A stretch of DNA of 64,000 nt from an uncultured delta proteobacterium (GTDB lineage: Bacteria; Desulfobacterota; Desulfobulbia; Desulfobulbales; Desulfocapsaceae): NCBI GenBank assembly GCA_963796255.1, contig CAWCLE010000010.1, positions 125,765-189,764 of the forward strand. Direction: 5' to 3'. Under the pieces are notes generated by a model. That model did not search any database and was not told the origin of the DNA. It saw nothing but the letters and a program-made list of their open reading frames with translations. Positions within the stretch are counted from its first letter, which is position 1, and each line of letters opens with the position of its first letter. This document shows positions 47,122 through 56,263 of this stretch, in pieces. Made by a program: the position numbers and the translations under genes.

Positions 47122-47490
47122 TTTTCACTCCACATACCATTTCTCCAAGGCCTTTCCCGCAAGGCAGGGGAGCGAGCCCCGCCGGGTTAATAATTAACGT
47201 TTTTCACCATATACCAAGACGATGGCGAACACAACCAAATCGTTGTCGCAAAAGTCTCCGTCCGAAGGGCCGCTCCTACAAAAAGGTGCCGCAATATTGT
47301 TGCGCCGCAACTCGGCCGCGGCATAGCCCTAAATCGTAGTAATTAATCTATATATCGATTGTCTTCATAAGAAAATGCATTATTAGTGTTGCACAAGATC
47401 GGAGCATTTCAATCTGCTGCCAGGTTTGCTGGAGATTCCATCTCTTCTTTATTGGCCCCGCTCTGTCGATAATTCTTTAGAATCGTTGAG

Positions 47491-47510
47491 CTGGAAACCA
47501 TATTTTCCAG
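47491..47510. promoter_or_regulatory. Palindrome CTGGAAA-N6-TTTCCAG, candidate UAS of cassette B
   Basis: The 7-bp arms are perfect. The palindrome ends about 80 bp upstream of the sigma-54 -24 element at 47589. Confidence 0.35.
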
Positions 47511-47588
47511 GGATCACCGGGCACTTGCGGCTTGGTGCACTTGCCGACGGAGGAAAAGCTGGGTGATTCGACAATCGGTTATTTTTTT

Positions 47589-47604
47589 TGGCATAGAGGT
47601 TGCT
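47589..47604 (+). promoter_or_regulatory. Sigma-54 promoter of cassette B
   Basis: TGGCAT-AGAGG-TTGCT is near consensus. It is followed by a leader of about 165 nt before the ATG at 47770. Confidence 0.7.
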
Positions 47605-47769
47605 ATTACAAGATGGCACCTTGCGCGTAGACGGGATAATGAATTTTTCACTTATTTGACAGGTCGATGCAGGCTTTTATGGAAGGAGGGTGACAAGTAG
47701 GCAATGGAAGCAGGACGGTAATTTTAATGTCCAATATTAATTAATTATTTTTAATTCATGAGGGGTGTA

Positions 47770-48921
47770 ATGACAAAGAATCAACGGATTTTTTTGTTTG
47801 CAGCGTTGATGGTCCTGACCATTGGCATATGGCTTGAACCGGCCTGGGCCGGTAAACTGCAGGACGCTATTGCGTCGGTTCCGGAAGGGACCGGCAGTGG
47901 GCAGATTGACCCCACTCAACCGGCCGGTTTTCTTGGTATTCCCGGCGGCCCCCAGGTAAATCTGATTCTTGCATTCTTCTGGGCGGTATGGGTGGGCTGG
48001 ATTTTTTCTACCGTGGGTGCCTTTGGCGGCGTTATGGCCGGTGTCGGTCACATGAGTATTTTCGGTCTTGGTGGCTACGCTAAATCTTTCAAGGAAACCG
48101 CTCCTTCCCTGAATAAAGCAATCACCGACTCCATTCGCGGCTCGAACCAGTATCTGGTCGGGCTGTCGGCTCTTATCTCGTCTTTCAACTATTACCGCAT
48201 GGGCCGCCTCGTCGTACCCCTGGCCGTATCTTTAGGACTAGGCTCCATTCTTGGTGCCTGGGGTTCCGTAACCCTCTCCGCCGGCAAAATCTCCTTTTCC
48301 CAATATCAGGGGTATTTCGGTCTTTTTGTTTTGGCTCTCGGTATCTATCTCTTCTACGAGACCTCCTCTAAAGGGCAAGCCAGCAAGAAAAAAGCCAAAT
48401 CGGCCGCCCAGGCCTTCGAGGCCACGGTAAAAAAACAAAAAAGCGGTGAGAAAATCGATACCGCTGCACTCGGCGTTAAAGTAACCAAGTTTTCCCTGAC
48501 GGAAGTTTTGTTCACATTTTATGGGGTTGAGTTCCGGTTTAATCCATTAATTCCTTTTGTCGGTGGTATCGTCATTTCCGCAGTCGCGGCCTTTCTAGGC
48601 GTGGGCGGCGGTTTTCTCCTGGTCCCCTTCCTGACCAGTGTTGCCGAACTGCCGATGTATCTGGCTGCTGGAACCTCGGCTCTTGCCGTACTGATCAGCA
48701 TGATCACCAGTATAATCACCCTTATCTCCAAGGGGGTTCAGTTCGATTGGATGCTGATCGGCCTGGAACTCGTCGGTATCGCTGTTGGTTCTATTATCGG
48801 GCCCAGAACATCGAAATATTTCTCCGATCTCTGGCTCAAGCGCTTATTTATTGTCCTCGCTTTGTACGTAGGTATTGACTATGTTCTGAGAGGTTTCTTT
48901 AACTACAGAATATTCGGTTAA
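47770..48921 (+). CDS. TauE/SafE (TSUP) family permease with an N-terminal extension
   Basis: The preferred ATG is at 47770, after GAGGGG (the ORF track starts it at 47758). Motifs are GAFGGVMAGVGHMSIFGLGG and FLGVGGGFLLVPFL. Confidence 0.8.
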   Translation: MTKNQRIFLFAALMVLTIGIWLEPAWAGKLQDAIASVPEGTGSGQIDPTQPAGFLGIPGGPQVNLILAFFWAVWVGWIFSTVGAFGGVMAGVGHMSIFGLGGYAKSFKETAPSLNKAITDSIRGSNQYLVGLSALISSFNYYRMGRLVVPLAVSLGLGSILGAWGSVTLSAGKISFSQYQGYFGLFVLALGIYLFYETSSKGQASKKKAKSAAQAFEATVKKQKSGEKIDTAALGVKVTKFSLTEVLFTFYGVEFRFNPLIPFVGGIVISAVAAFLGVGGGFLLVPFLTSVAELPMYLAAGTSALAVLISMITSIITLISKGVQFDWMLIGLELVGIAVGSIIGPRTSKYFSDLWLKRLFIVLALYVGIDYVLRGFFNYRIFG

Positions 48922-48945
48922 GCAGTAAATCATCTTGGCTTCAAA

Positions 48946-48969
48946 GGCTCCGGGCTAATCCCCGGAGCC
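48946..48969 (+). other. Intercistronic GC-rich stem-loop
   Basis: GGCTCCGGG-ctaatc-CCCGGAGCC has a perfect 9-bp stem. It lies between the TauE stop (48921) and the next start (48976), and no clear T-tract follows. Confidence 0.5.
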
Positions 48970-48975
48970 TCTATT

Positions 48976-49539
48976 ATGAACTCATTCAGCCCGTTTTTCC
49001 TTGTGCTTGACCCCTGGCTCATCGCGCCCTTTCGCTGGCTGCCATCAGCTACTGCCGGATACCTCCTGGGAGTCGTCGTACTCGCCCTGTACTGCATCAT
49101 TGTCGGCGATCTCTCCGCGACGGTGGTTACTTATTTCAACACTAAATATATCAGAAAGATCCAGGGGAAAATGGATCACCATCACCATCTCTCGGAGCAA
49201 GCCCTGATGATGGGCGACAAAGAGAGCTATAAAGCGGTCAACAGCCAGGCCCTTGATGCTTTTGGCCACTCTTTTTCGCTTGGCGCGGCAATCTTTTGTG
49301 TCTCCATCTGGCCTATGCCTTTCGCTCTCGCCTGGTTGAATCTACGCTTTGCCGATGCCCCATTGGAACTTCCAGTCCATCTGCCGTTTCTTGGCAACAC
49401 GATCGAATATTTTCCCTCGTTTCTCCTCCTCTATATTGCAACCAGAATGATCTACTCCTTTATAATGCGCAAATTTACCTGGTATTCCGGGACCAAAGCA
49501 AGACTCTCCGGGCAGACTGCCCCTGAGGTTCTTTCTTAA
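48976..49539 (+). CDS. Membrane protein of unknown function
   Basis: 187 aa with about 4 hydrophobic helices and a central His run (KMDHHHHLSEQ). I recognised no family. Confidence 0.5.
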   Translation: MNSFSPFFLVLDPWLIAPFRWLPSATAGYLLGVVVLALYCIIVGDLSATVVTYFNTKYIRKIQGKMDHHHHLSEQALMMGDKESYKAVNSQALDAFGHSFSLGAAIFCVSIWPMPFALAWLNLRFADAPLELPVHLPFLGNTIEYFPSFLLLYIATRMIYSFIMRKFTWYSGTKARLSGQTAPEVLS

Positions 49540-49546
49540 CGTATCA

Positions 49547-52009
49547 ATGAGTAGCTCTTCGCCAGCAAAAAAGGATTCGATCGGCTTGAGTTGCCTCTGG
49601 CGATATCGTTTGATGGAGATTTTTGCACCGGGGAAACTGCTTCGCCATAAATATGCCGCTTTTCGCCAGGTGCTGCGTCTCGACAGTCGGGCCCTGGATC
49701 TTCTGGCCGATCTGGAAGCACATATCTTCGGTCAGAACCCTGCCGATCCTTATCGAATTCGCCTGCTCTGCCGGCAAATCACCGATACGGTCGGTGCCAT
49801 GGCGGACCAGCTCCAGGCCATGAACCCGCCGGCTTACCGGCAATTATTTGAAAAACATGCGGCATTAAGCATCGCAATCAAGGCCCTGCTGGCAGCAGCC
49901 AGCCCGCAAAGCACTCCGCCCTATATTCTTACACTCCAGGAAGCTGCCGATTATCCGGAGCTGGCCGGCGGTAAAGCGGCCAACCTGTCGGCCGCCGGTC
50001 GTGTCGGAGTGCCTATTCCCCGCGGTTTTGTTATTACTTCGCGCGCCTTTCAGCGTTTTATCTCTGATAATTCCCTGGAAAAGGAACTCGAGGCGCGGTT
50101 CCAGTTGGTCCAGGCCGATGACAATGCCACGATTATCCAGATCACCGGCGAACTGCAGGAGCTTATCCTGGATGCCGAGGTTCCGGCTGATATTGCCGCC
50201 CAGATAGAACAGCAGGTCAAAGCCCTGCAGCCCGTCGAGCGGCTCGCCGTTCGATCCAGTGCCCTGGCCGAGGACGGCCAGGTGTCATTTGCCGGCCAGT
50301 ATGCCAGTGAACTCAACGTTGATCCTGCAGAAATCATCGCCGCCTACAAAAGAGTCATCGCCGGAAAGTATTGCCCCCGCGCCATAAGCTACCGCATCCG
50401 CCATGGTTTAAGCGATGCTGATACCGCCATGGCAGTGCTGGTCATACCGATGATCCAGCCGCACACCTCCGGGGTGATCTATACCCTTGATCCAGGAACC
50501 ACGACGGCCAGAGACTTGGTTGGAATTTATGCGGTGGCGGGTTTGGCGGAAGGTCTGGTCGATGGGTCAAGAACGCCAGCCAGATACCATCTACCGCGAT
50601 CAGATGAACTCATTTCCCCACTACAGTCTGCGGCATCTGCGGATCTTCTGCTTAGTCTGAACGAATTGCAGCAATTAAGACGCTGGGGATTGCGGCTTGA
50701 GGCACTTTTTGGCTGTCCGCAGGATGTTGAATGGACCCTTGATGATGGCGGCTTGACTGTTCTGCAGAGTCGGCGCCTGCATCAGAAAAAGGATCCGCCT
50801 CCGGCAGCAGTTCAGGCCGTCGACCTTACTCGCCTGTTGCATAGCGATTTGCATTGTGCTTCGGCAGGAATTGCCTGTGGTCCGGTTTTTCATGCGCCAA
50901 CCGGTGGAAGCTTTGCGAAAATTCCCGCCGGATCGGTGGTTGTTACCACGACACTTCGCCCGGCCCTGTCCCAGTTTCTTGACCGGGTGGTCGGCGTCAT
51001 TGCCGAGAGCGGCAGCCGGGCCAGCCATTTTTCCTCGGTGGCTCGAGAGCGAAACATTCCGGTACTGGTCGGTAGTGGGATAAGTCTTGAAGAAAATCAG
51101 GTGGTCACCGTCGACGCTGCCTCGGGCAGGATATTCAACGGCTGTGTCAATGCCGTACTGCACATTGGCAGCCTCAACCCCAATAAGGATTTTCCGCAAG
51201 AAAAGTATGTGGGACTGGCCAGCCATATAACGCATCTGCATCTTACCGATCCGGACAGCGACAATTTCACGCCGTCGCACTGCCAGTCGATGCATGACAT
51301 CGTACGTTTCTGTCATGAAAAAAGCGTCCAGGAGATGTTTCGCCTCATAGGACGAAAGGGCAGAGGCTTAGGTAAAGCCCAAAAACTGGTCACCGATCTG
51401 CCCTTGGTCCTCTATGTTCTCGATCTCGAACCGAGCTCGACTGCCCGGGCAGGCACCACGATCACCCTGGATGAGCTGAGCAGTCTGCCCATGCGAGCCT
51501 GCTGGCAGGGGATGTCAGATCCACGAATAAACTGGGACACCAGCCAACACCATGTCGATTGGGAAGGCTTTGATCAACTCAGCGGCGGCATTTTTTCCCT
51601 CGATTCTCGGCTCTTGGCCAGCTATGCTATAGTTTCTCAGGAATACCTGCATCTCAATATTCGTTTTGGCTACCATTTCTCCATCGTCGATGCCATCTGT
51701 AGCGAACAGGCCGGCACCAACTATTTGAATTTTCGATTCAAGGGTGGCGGTGCCGCAGAACAGCAAAAAGCTTTCCGTATCGAGTTCATCGATCGGGTCC
51801 TTACCACTTTTGGTTTTGAAACCTCCAGCCGAGGCGACATGCTCGATGCCGCCTTCGCCCGCGCGCCTCTGGCCGAGACTACACGCGCCCTCAGCCAACT
51901 CGGCATGCTGCTTGCCGCCACTCGATTGATGGACGTGCGCCTGACCAGCACCCGACAGGTCGCCGAAGAAGTTGAAAATTTTATCAGTCTTGCCGGCAAA
52001 ACAACCTGA
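49547..52009 (+). CDS. PEP-synthase-like phosphotransferase P3 (intact ATP-grasp, swivel His, same C-terminal domain)
   Basis: 820 aa. Motifs are AGGKAANLSAAG...RGFVITS, AVRSSALAEDGQVSFAGQYASELNV, PQDVEWTL...VLQSRRL, SGSRASHFSSVARERNIPVLV and IRFGYHFSIVDAI...YLNFRFKGG. Confidence 0.8.
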   Translation: MSSSSPAKKDSIGLSCLWRYRLMEIFAPGKLLRHKYAAFRQVLRLDSRALDLLADLEAHIFGQNPADPYRIRLLCRQITDTVGAMADQLQAMNPPAYRQLFEKHAALSIAIKALLAAASPQSTPPYILTLQEAADYPELAGGKAANLSAAGRVGVPIPRGFVITSRAFQRFISDNSLEKELEARFQLVQADDNATIIQITGELQELILDAEVPADIAAQIEQQVKALQPVERLAVRSSALAEDGQVSFAGQYASELNVDPAEIIAAYKRVIAGKYCPRAISYRIRHGLSDADTAMAVLVIPMIQPHTSGVIYTLDPGTTTARDLVGIYAVAGLAEGLVDGSRTPARYHLPRSDELISPLQSAASADLLLSLNELQQLRRWGLRLEALFGCPQDVEWTLDDGGLTVLQSRRLHQKKDPPPAAVQAVDLTRLLHSDLHCASAGIACGPVFHAPTGGSFAKIPAGSVVVTTTLRPALSQFLDRVVGVIAESGSRASHFSSVARERNIPVLVGSGISLEENQVVTVDAASGRIFNGCVNAVLHIGSLNPNKDFPQEKYVGLASHITHLHLTDPDSDNFTPSHCQSMHDIVRFCHEKSVQEMFRLIGRKGRGLGKAQKLVTDLPLVLYVLDLEPSSTARAGTTITLDELSSLPMRACWQGMSDPRINWDTSQHHVDWEGFDQLSGGIFSLDSRLLASYAIVSQEYLHLNIRFGYHFSIVDAICSEQAGTNYLNFRFKGGGAAEQQKAFRIEFIDRVLTTFGFETSSRGDMLDAAFARAPLAETTRALSQLGMLLAATRLMDVRLTSTRQVAEEVENFISLAGKTT

Positions 52010-52151
52010 CCACTGCTGCAAAATGTAGTTTTCCTTGTAATTTCTAGACAATTCCTGACTTTTTTTAAAAAATCTGGACAAAAACAGCAAAATAAAGATA
52101 CCATATTTAGTAACCGTTATGCTGTCGAAGAAAAATTTAATGAGGATTACT

Positions 52152-52763
52152 ATGAACAAAATGTCCCCCCCGTTGCCCCTTTATCGGCTTATACCAGCAG
52201 TGGTTCTTTGCTCTTTTCTGATCGCCGGATGTGCATCTTCACCCACGGAAGTCAGATATGATGACCGGATGAAAACAACTACAGCCAACCAGTACGAAAA
52301 AGTGTCCGCCCGCTATATCCTCCGTCCGGGGGATCGGCCTGATTTCAAACCACAGGCAAAACAGGCGGCAGCTGACTGCGGTCAGGTAACTGCTCAGCCG
52401 GCTGCTGCACCACAGCGTATCGATTTACAACTCGTCCTCGAGGCATCAGACATCCTGTTTGCATTCGATAAATGGGTTATTCGAGCCGAAGTCGTCCCCG
52501 AGTTAGACCAGTGGGCCAACTACTTCCAGCATAATCCCCAGGAAACGGCTAAAATTGACGGCTATACCGACAGTATAGGTTCAACTGGGTATAACCAGAC
52601 CCTCTCCGAGCGACGGGCCGAAGCGGTGAAGAATTATCTGATCAAAAAAGGGGTTGACCCAAAAAGATTTGTCACTAGAGGCTTTGGCGAGACTCAACCG
52701 GTAGCATCGAACACCACCGCCGAAGGACGACAAAAGAACCGGCGGGTTGAGCTGAAGTTCTAG
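52152..52763 (+). CDS. OmpA-family (Pal-like) lipoprotein
   Basis: The preferred ATG is at 52152, after GAGGA. The lipobox is LIAGC. The OmpA_C motif is FAFDKWVIR...IDGYTDSIGSTGYNQTLSERRAEAV...NRRVEL. Confidence 0.8.
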   Translation: MNKMSPPLPLYRLIPAVVLCSFLIAGCASSPTEVRYDDRMKTTTANQYEKVSARYILRPGDRPDFKPQAKQAAADCGQVTAQPAAAPQRIDLQLVLEASDILFAFDKWVIRAEVVPELDQWANYFQHNPQETAKIDGYTDSIGSTGYNQTLSERRAEAVKNYLIKKGVDPKRFVTRGFGETQPVASNTTAEGRQKNRRVELKF

Positions 52764-52770
52764 GCGAACT

Positions 52771-52801
52771 GTCGGATTACGCCCTTTTTGCCTAATCCGA
52801 C
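52771..52801. terminator. Hairpin between convergent genes, possibly a bidirectional terminator
   Basis: GTCGGATTA-(13 nt, T-rich loop)-TAATCCGAC has a perfect 9-bp stem. Confidence 0.45.
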
Positions 52802-52826
52802 AGGCTCTTGATATAGAGAAGGTTTG

Positions 52827-53567
52827 TCAAGCATGAAAGAATCGGCGCGCGGGTAACTCTACTGCTGTCAGCATATTGCCGTACACAGCACCAGTATCTA
52901 TACCAATACGGTCGGCCAGAACCAGGGGTGAAGCGAAGGGAATATGCCCAAAAACAATAACGATATCGATATCAGTCGTCTGTTCCTGGGCTAACCGTCT
53001 ACTGGAAAGCAACCCCGTCTCCATAATATAGCGCTGCATCCTCCCCTCCGACTCCTTCATAGGGCAGCTTAGCATCTTTTTGTTAATATCGGCGTGAATA
53101 AAAAGATAGTCATCCTGAAGATGGAAAAACTTAAGAGAATGGAGAAATTCCCGATGCTCCAGCGGGAAACAAGCAAGCCCTGCGAGGGAATGTACCCTGG
53201 CGCCATAGCTCTCAACCGTTGCCTCAACTCCCATCCCCCGAAGCGCCCGCAGGGAGTCCATATGACCGGAGGCACTGTATTCAAGGAGCTCTTGTTCGTG
53301 GTTACCCTTGAGAAAATGGATATCTGCACAGCTCTCTTTCAGCTCAAGCAGAATATCGAGCACAGCTCTTGAGTCCGAACCACGGTTAATATAATCTCCA
53401 AGAAAGATCAGCGTATCACTTTTTCGGTCGTAGGGTATGCGACCAAGCAGTGTGGAAAGTTGTGCAGCGCAACCATGAATATCGCCTACGGCAAAGATTT
53501 TTCGTTGGACTACACTCTTTTTACCTGATAAGCAATTGTTATCCGTTTTGCCCGACATATCAGCCAT
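52827..53567 (-). CDS. PPP-family metallophosphoesterase (Ser/Thr protein phosphatase / ApaH-like)
   Basis: Motifs are GDIHG, GDYINRG and GNHE. The ORF track starts it at 53612. An internal Met (53567 or 53558) avoids a long overlap with the upstream gene. Confidence 0.8.
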   Translation of the reverse strand: MADMSGKTDNNCLSGKKSVVQRKIFAVGDIHGCAAQLSTLLGRIPYDRKSDTLIFLGDYINRGSDSRAVLDILLELKESCADIHFLKGNHEQELLEYSASGHMDSLRALRGMGVEATVESYGARVHSLAGLACFPLEHREFLHSLKFFHLQDDYLFIHADINKKMLSCPMKESEGRMQRYIMETGLLSSRRLAQEQTTDIDIVIVFGHIPFASPLVLADRIGIDTGAVYGNMLTAVELPARRFFHA

Positions 53568-53961
53568 AAGGAGCTTTCGAATGGCGCTCTGAGTACTCAA
53601 TAAACGCCTCATATTCTGCCTTTATCAAGCCTCTTCTCATTGCTTCCACCTGAGCGCAATATATCTCAATTGCAGGATGATTTGAACGGAGTTCTGCAAG
53701 CTTTTCACGATGGGGCCGGTAGAGCTTTTTATAGGCTTGCAGCCGGTTCCCGAACCAGGTGATACCCAAGGATGACCCAACCAGAGTGCCAATTGCCCAA
53801 TTGTCCAAATTCTTGTAATGATGCGAGCCAAAATAGACAGTAAATACTGCAACACCCACACTGACACATGCCCACGCCAGGAAGAAAGCAAACCAGAGAG
53901 CATATTTTTTCCTGTCACGAAAAATGTCCGGATCAGGGGGCTCTGAAATTTTAATTTTCAT
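53560..53961 (-). CDS. Small two-TM membrane protein, unknown function
   Basis: The ORF spans 53560-54003. I prefer the Met at 53961 (MKIKISEPPD), downstream of AGGAGG. It has two hydrophobic helices. Confidence 0.45.
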   Translation of the reverse strand: MKIKISEPPDPDIFRDRKKYALWFAFFLAWACVSVGVAVFTVYFGSHHYKNLDNWAIGTLVGSSLGITWFGNRLQAYKKLYRPHREKLAELRSNHPAIEIYCAQVEAMRRGLIKAEYEAFIEYSERHSKAPYG

Positions 53962-54485
53962 TTCAGTCACTAACCTCCTTGAGTTGCATGGAAAAGAACC
54001 CATTTCAACGCAGGAGTGTACTACAACTTCCCTGAAATTACAGGACTAAAAGGGGAAACAGTCTGAAATTTATTGGTGCCCTGGATTTAACTCTAGTCTC
54101 GTGCCTTTCTCCTGAAAGCTTGACATAAAACCCTAGGCTCTCAAGGTTGGTCTCTGGTCACGACCAGACCTTGCTTTATCAGCAGGCTGTATAGCTTGAC
54201 TCTGTTTTTTCTTCGGCTCTTTTCCGTAGAGATCCGAGCAACGAAAGAAAACATACCAATCGCTTCGAACAGTTTTTTTAACCAGGTTTCCTGAGGTGGT
54301 ACGTTGCCCAGGACTGCTCTTTGCCCGCCATTTAGCGACGCGCTCCGATGCCATCCCAACAAGGTGAACAGCACACATGCCTAATATAAATTCAGCAAAC
54401 AATATTGAAGGTTCCATAATTCACTCCTATTCTGTAAGAATTCTCTGAACCTCTCACTCGGTTCACTTTCCGTTTCCGTTCTCTT

Positions 54486-55361
54486 TCAGGCAATGCTTTT
54501 AACTACCTGTACCGGGCAGGTTGCAAGAGCAGCGACCCGCTCGACCACACTGCCTAAAAGGCTATCACTCACACCGGAATAGCCGCCTTTTGAGCCCAAA
54601 ATAATATGCTGAATATCGTTTTTTTGAGCATAGCCTGTCAGACATTTTCCGGGAGAGGCTTCCTGTAACTCGGTCACGACACGTAATCCGAGCCGCTCTC
54701 CCTCCCTGGTGAGAGCCTCCAGAGCTTTGAACCCCTTTTGTCTGGCGTCTTTTAACACGCCGTAACGGAAACTCTGCTCCGTAGATACATCGATAGCCGT
54801 AACGGCATGAACCTCACTGCCGTAGCTTCCGGCCAGGTCGAGTGCTCGCAGTCCTGCTGCTTTACTTGCAGGAGTTCCATTAATACCAACGAGGATTTTC
54901 CCAAAGCGAATTTCCGATATTTCCGGCACAAGCATGACGTCGCAGGGACTGCCGGCAATTACTTTCGAGCTCAAACCCCCGAACAACACCAGTTCGACCT
55001 TCGACCGCTTGGCATTGCCAAGAACAATCAGGTCAACGCCTCGTTCCGCTGCCACCTCAACTATTTCCTCACTCGGTTCACCTGTCCTATGGATGGTCTG
55101 AACTTCGAATCCTAAGGACGCTGCATAGGATGCTACATCCTCAACACTCTTTCGAAACGGTTCACTGAGTTGTCTATTTGCATCTTCAATTTTCAGACGG
55201 CTCATATTCCCTTCATATTTGGGGGTCACACCGACAACCAACAATTTTGCACGCATCGATGACGACAATGCCAGGGCCTGTTTGAAAGCTGATCGACTGA
55301 CATGGGAAACATCGACAGCTACCAGTATTGACTCCATCATCGCACACATATTTGCACACAT
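54486..55361 (-). CDS. Tandem universal stress protein (two USP domains)
   Basis: 291 aa with two repeats of the USP pattern (ILVAVDVSHVS...; ILVGINGTPAS...). The C-terminal repeat has an ATP-loop-like GSKGG...LLGSVVERV. The start is ambiguous among M1, M8 and M9. Confidence 0.8.
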   Translation of the reverse strand: MCANMCAMMESILVAVDVSHVSRSAFKQALALSSSMRAKLLVVGVTPKYEGNMSRLKIEDANRQLSEPFRKSVEDVASYAASLGFEVQTIHRTGEPSEEIVEVAAERGVDLIVLGNAKRSKVELVLFGGLSSKVIAGSPCDVMLVPEISEIRFGKILVGINGTPASKAAGLRALDLAGSYGSEVHAVTAIDVSTEQSFRYGVLKDARQKGFKALEALTREGERLGLRVVTELQEASPGKCLTGYAQKNDIQHIILGSKGGYSGVSDSLLGSVVERVAALATCPVQVVKSIA

Positions 55362-55513
55362 GTTTGCCCCTGCTTCTGTGCTCTTGCAAGGGAGTTCACT
55401 TCACTCTCCGCGCTGAACATATTCACCAGGATTATCGCAGCTTTCGTCATAATTTGTTTATTCTCAGCTAAAAGTCCGTGCATAATTTTCTTCTCCTGTA
55501 GTGCGGCGAAACC

Positions 55514-56233
55514 TTATGCTCCTGTTTGAACCCGTGACTTGCTATCCGAACGTTTATCAACAACTGTAGATTCTTCAAACTTTGTCACAACAGGAGCCTT
55601 TGAGCCAACGATCCCAAGAGCAGACCACAAATTATTAACGAGGGTTTTCATCCAATAGCTTTTTTTGTTTGCCGATGCAGTGTGTCTTTCTTCCAGTAAC
55701 TTTTTGTTTGCCTCGCGATTGTCAATCATCTCTCCCGTTCGCGAATCAGTGCAAACGATGTTGAAGACCGGAACAGGTGAACCAAAAGCCGCCTCTTCAA
55801 TTTTTATTCCCTGATCAATAAGAACGAACTCAATTCTCTTTACAATACGGCATAATCTGCTGATTATTTTACTTATTTTTCCTGATTCCTGGACATACTC
55901 AAAGTCCACTCCTCTGACAACTGCTTTCTCCTTAAATTCTATGGCGTTCTGCTCAATTGCTGAGGCAAATTGTTTGTGATACAAGTCGCCGTTGCCAAAA
56001 AGTGGCGAAGTATTTACATAGGTGGCCAGTATCTTGCATTTCATTCGATCAGCTACGTTGACCGCATAGTCCATTACCGGTTCGGCCAGACGACTCCCCC
56101 TGGTCACCAGGAGGATGCAGGACTGTTTGGCCAGACTGCACTGTTGCGAAAAATCGTCGGCGTGGTCGATCTTAGACTTATGCAAAACCGTTAGTGGTGT
56201 AACGTTGCGATGTATTTTCTGATCCATAACCAA
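55514..56233 (-). CDS. Hypothetical protein, possibly a divergent USP/adenine-nucleotide-alpha-hydrolase-like fold
   Basis: 239 aa. CILLVTRGSRLAEPVMDYAVNVA...KILATYV resembles a USP beta-alpha start, but no ATP motif is present. The call is weak. Confidence 0.35.
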   Translation of the reverse strand: MVMDQKIHRNVTPLTVLHKSKIDHADDFSQQCSLAKQSCILLVTRGSRLAEPVMDYAVNVADRMKCKILATYVNTSPLFGNGDLYHKQFASAIEQNAIEFKEKAVVRGVDFEYVQESGKISKIISRLCRIVKRIEFVLIDQGIKIEEAAFGSPVPVFNIVCTDSRTGEMIDNREANKKLLEERHTASANKKSYWMKTLVNNLWSALGIVGSKAPVVTKFEESTVVDKRSDSKSRVQTGA

Positions 56234-56263
56234 CCTTTTGCCTCATCCACTCATCCTATTTTA

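Noticed and set aside
47614-47624. TGGCACCTTGC, which superficially looks like sigma-54 -24/-12 elements.
   Set aside because: Only one base separates TGGCAC from TTGC, where five are required. The properly spaced element at 47589-47604 is the better promoter.
54133-54417. A 94-aa minus-strand ORF downstream of the tandem USP gene.
   Set aside because: It has a single weak hydrophobic segment and a basic low-complexity tail. It has no Shine-Dalgarno sequence or family signal. It could be real but is unsupported.
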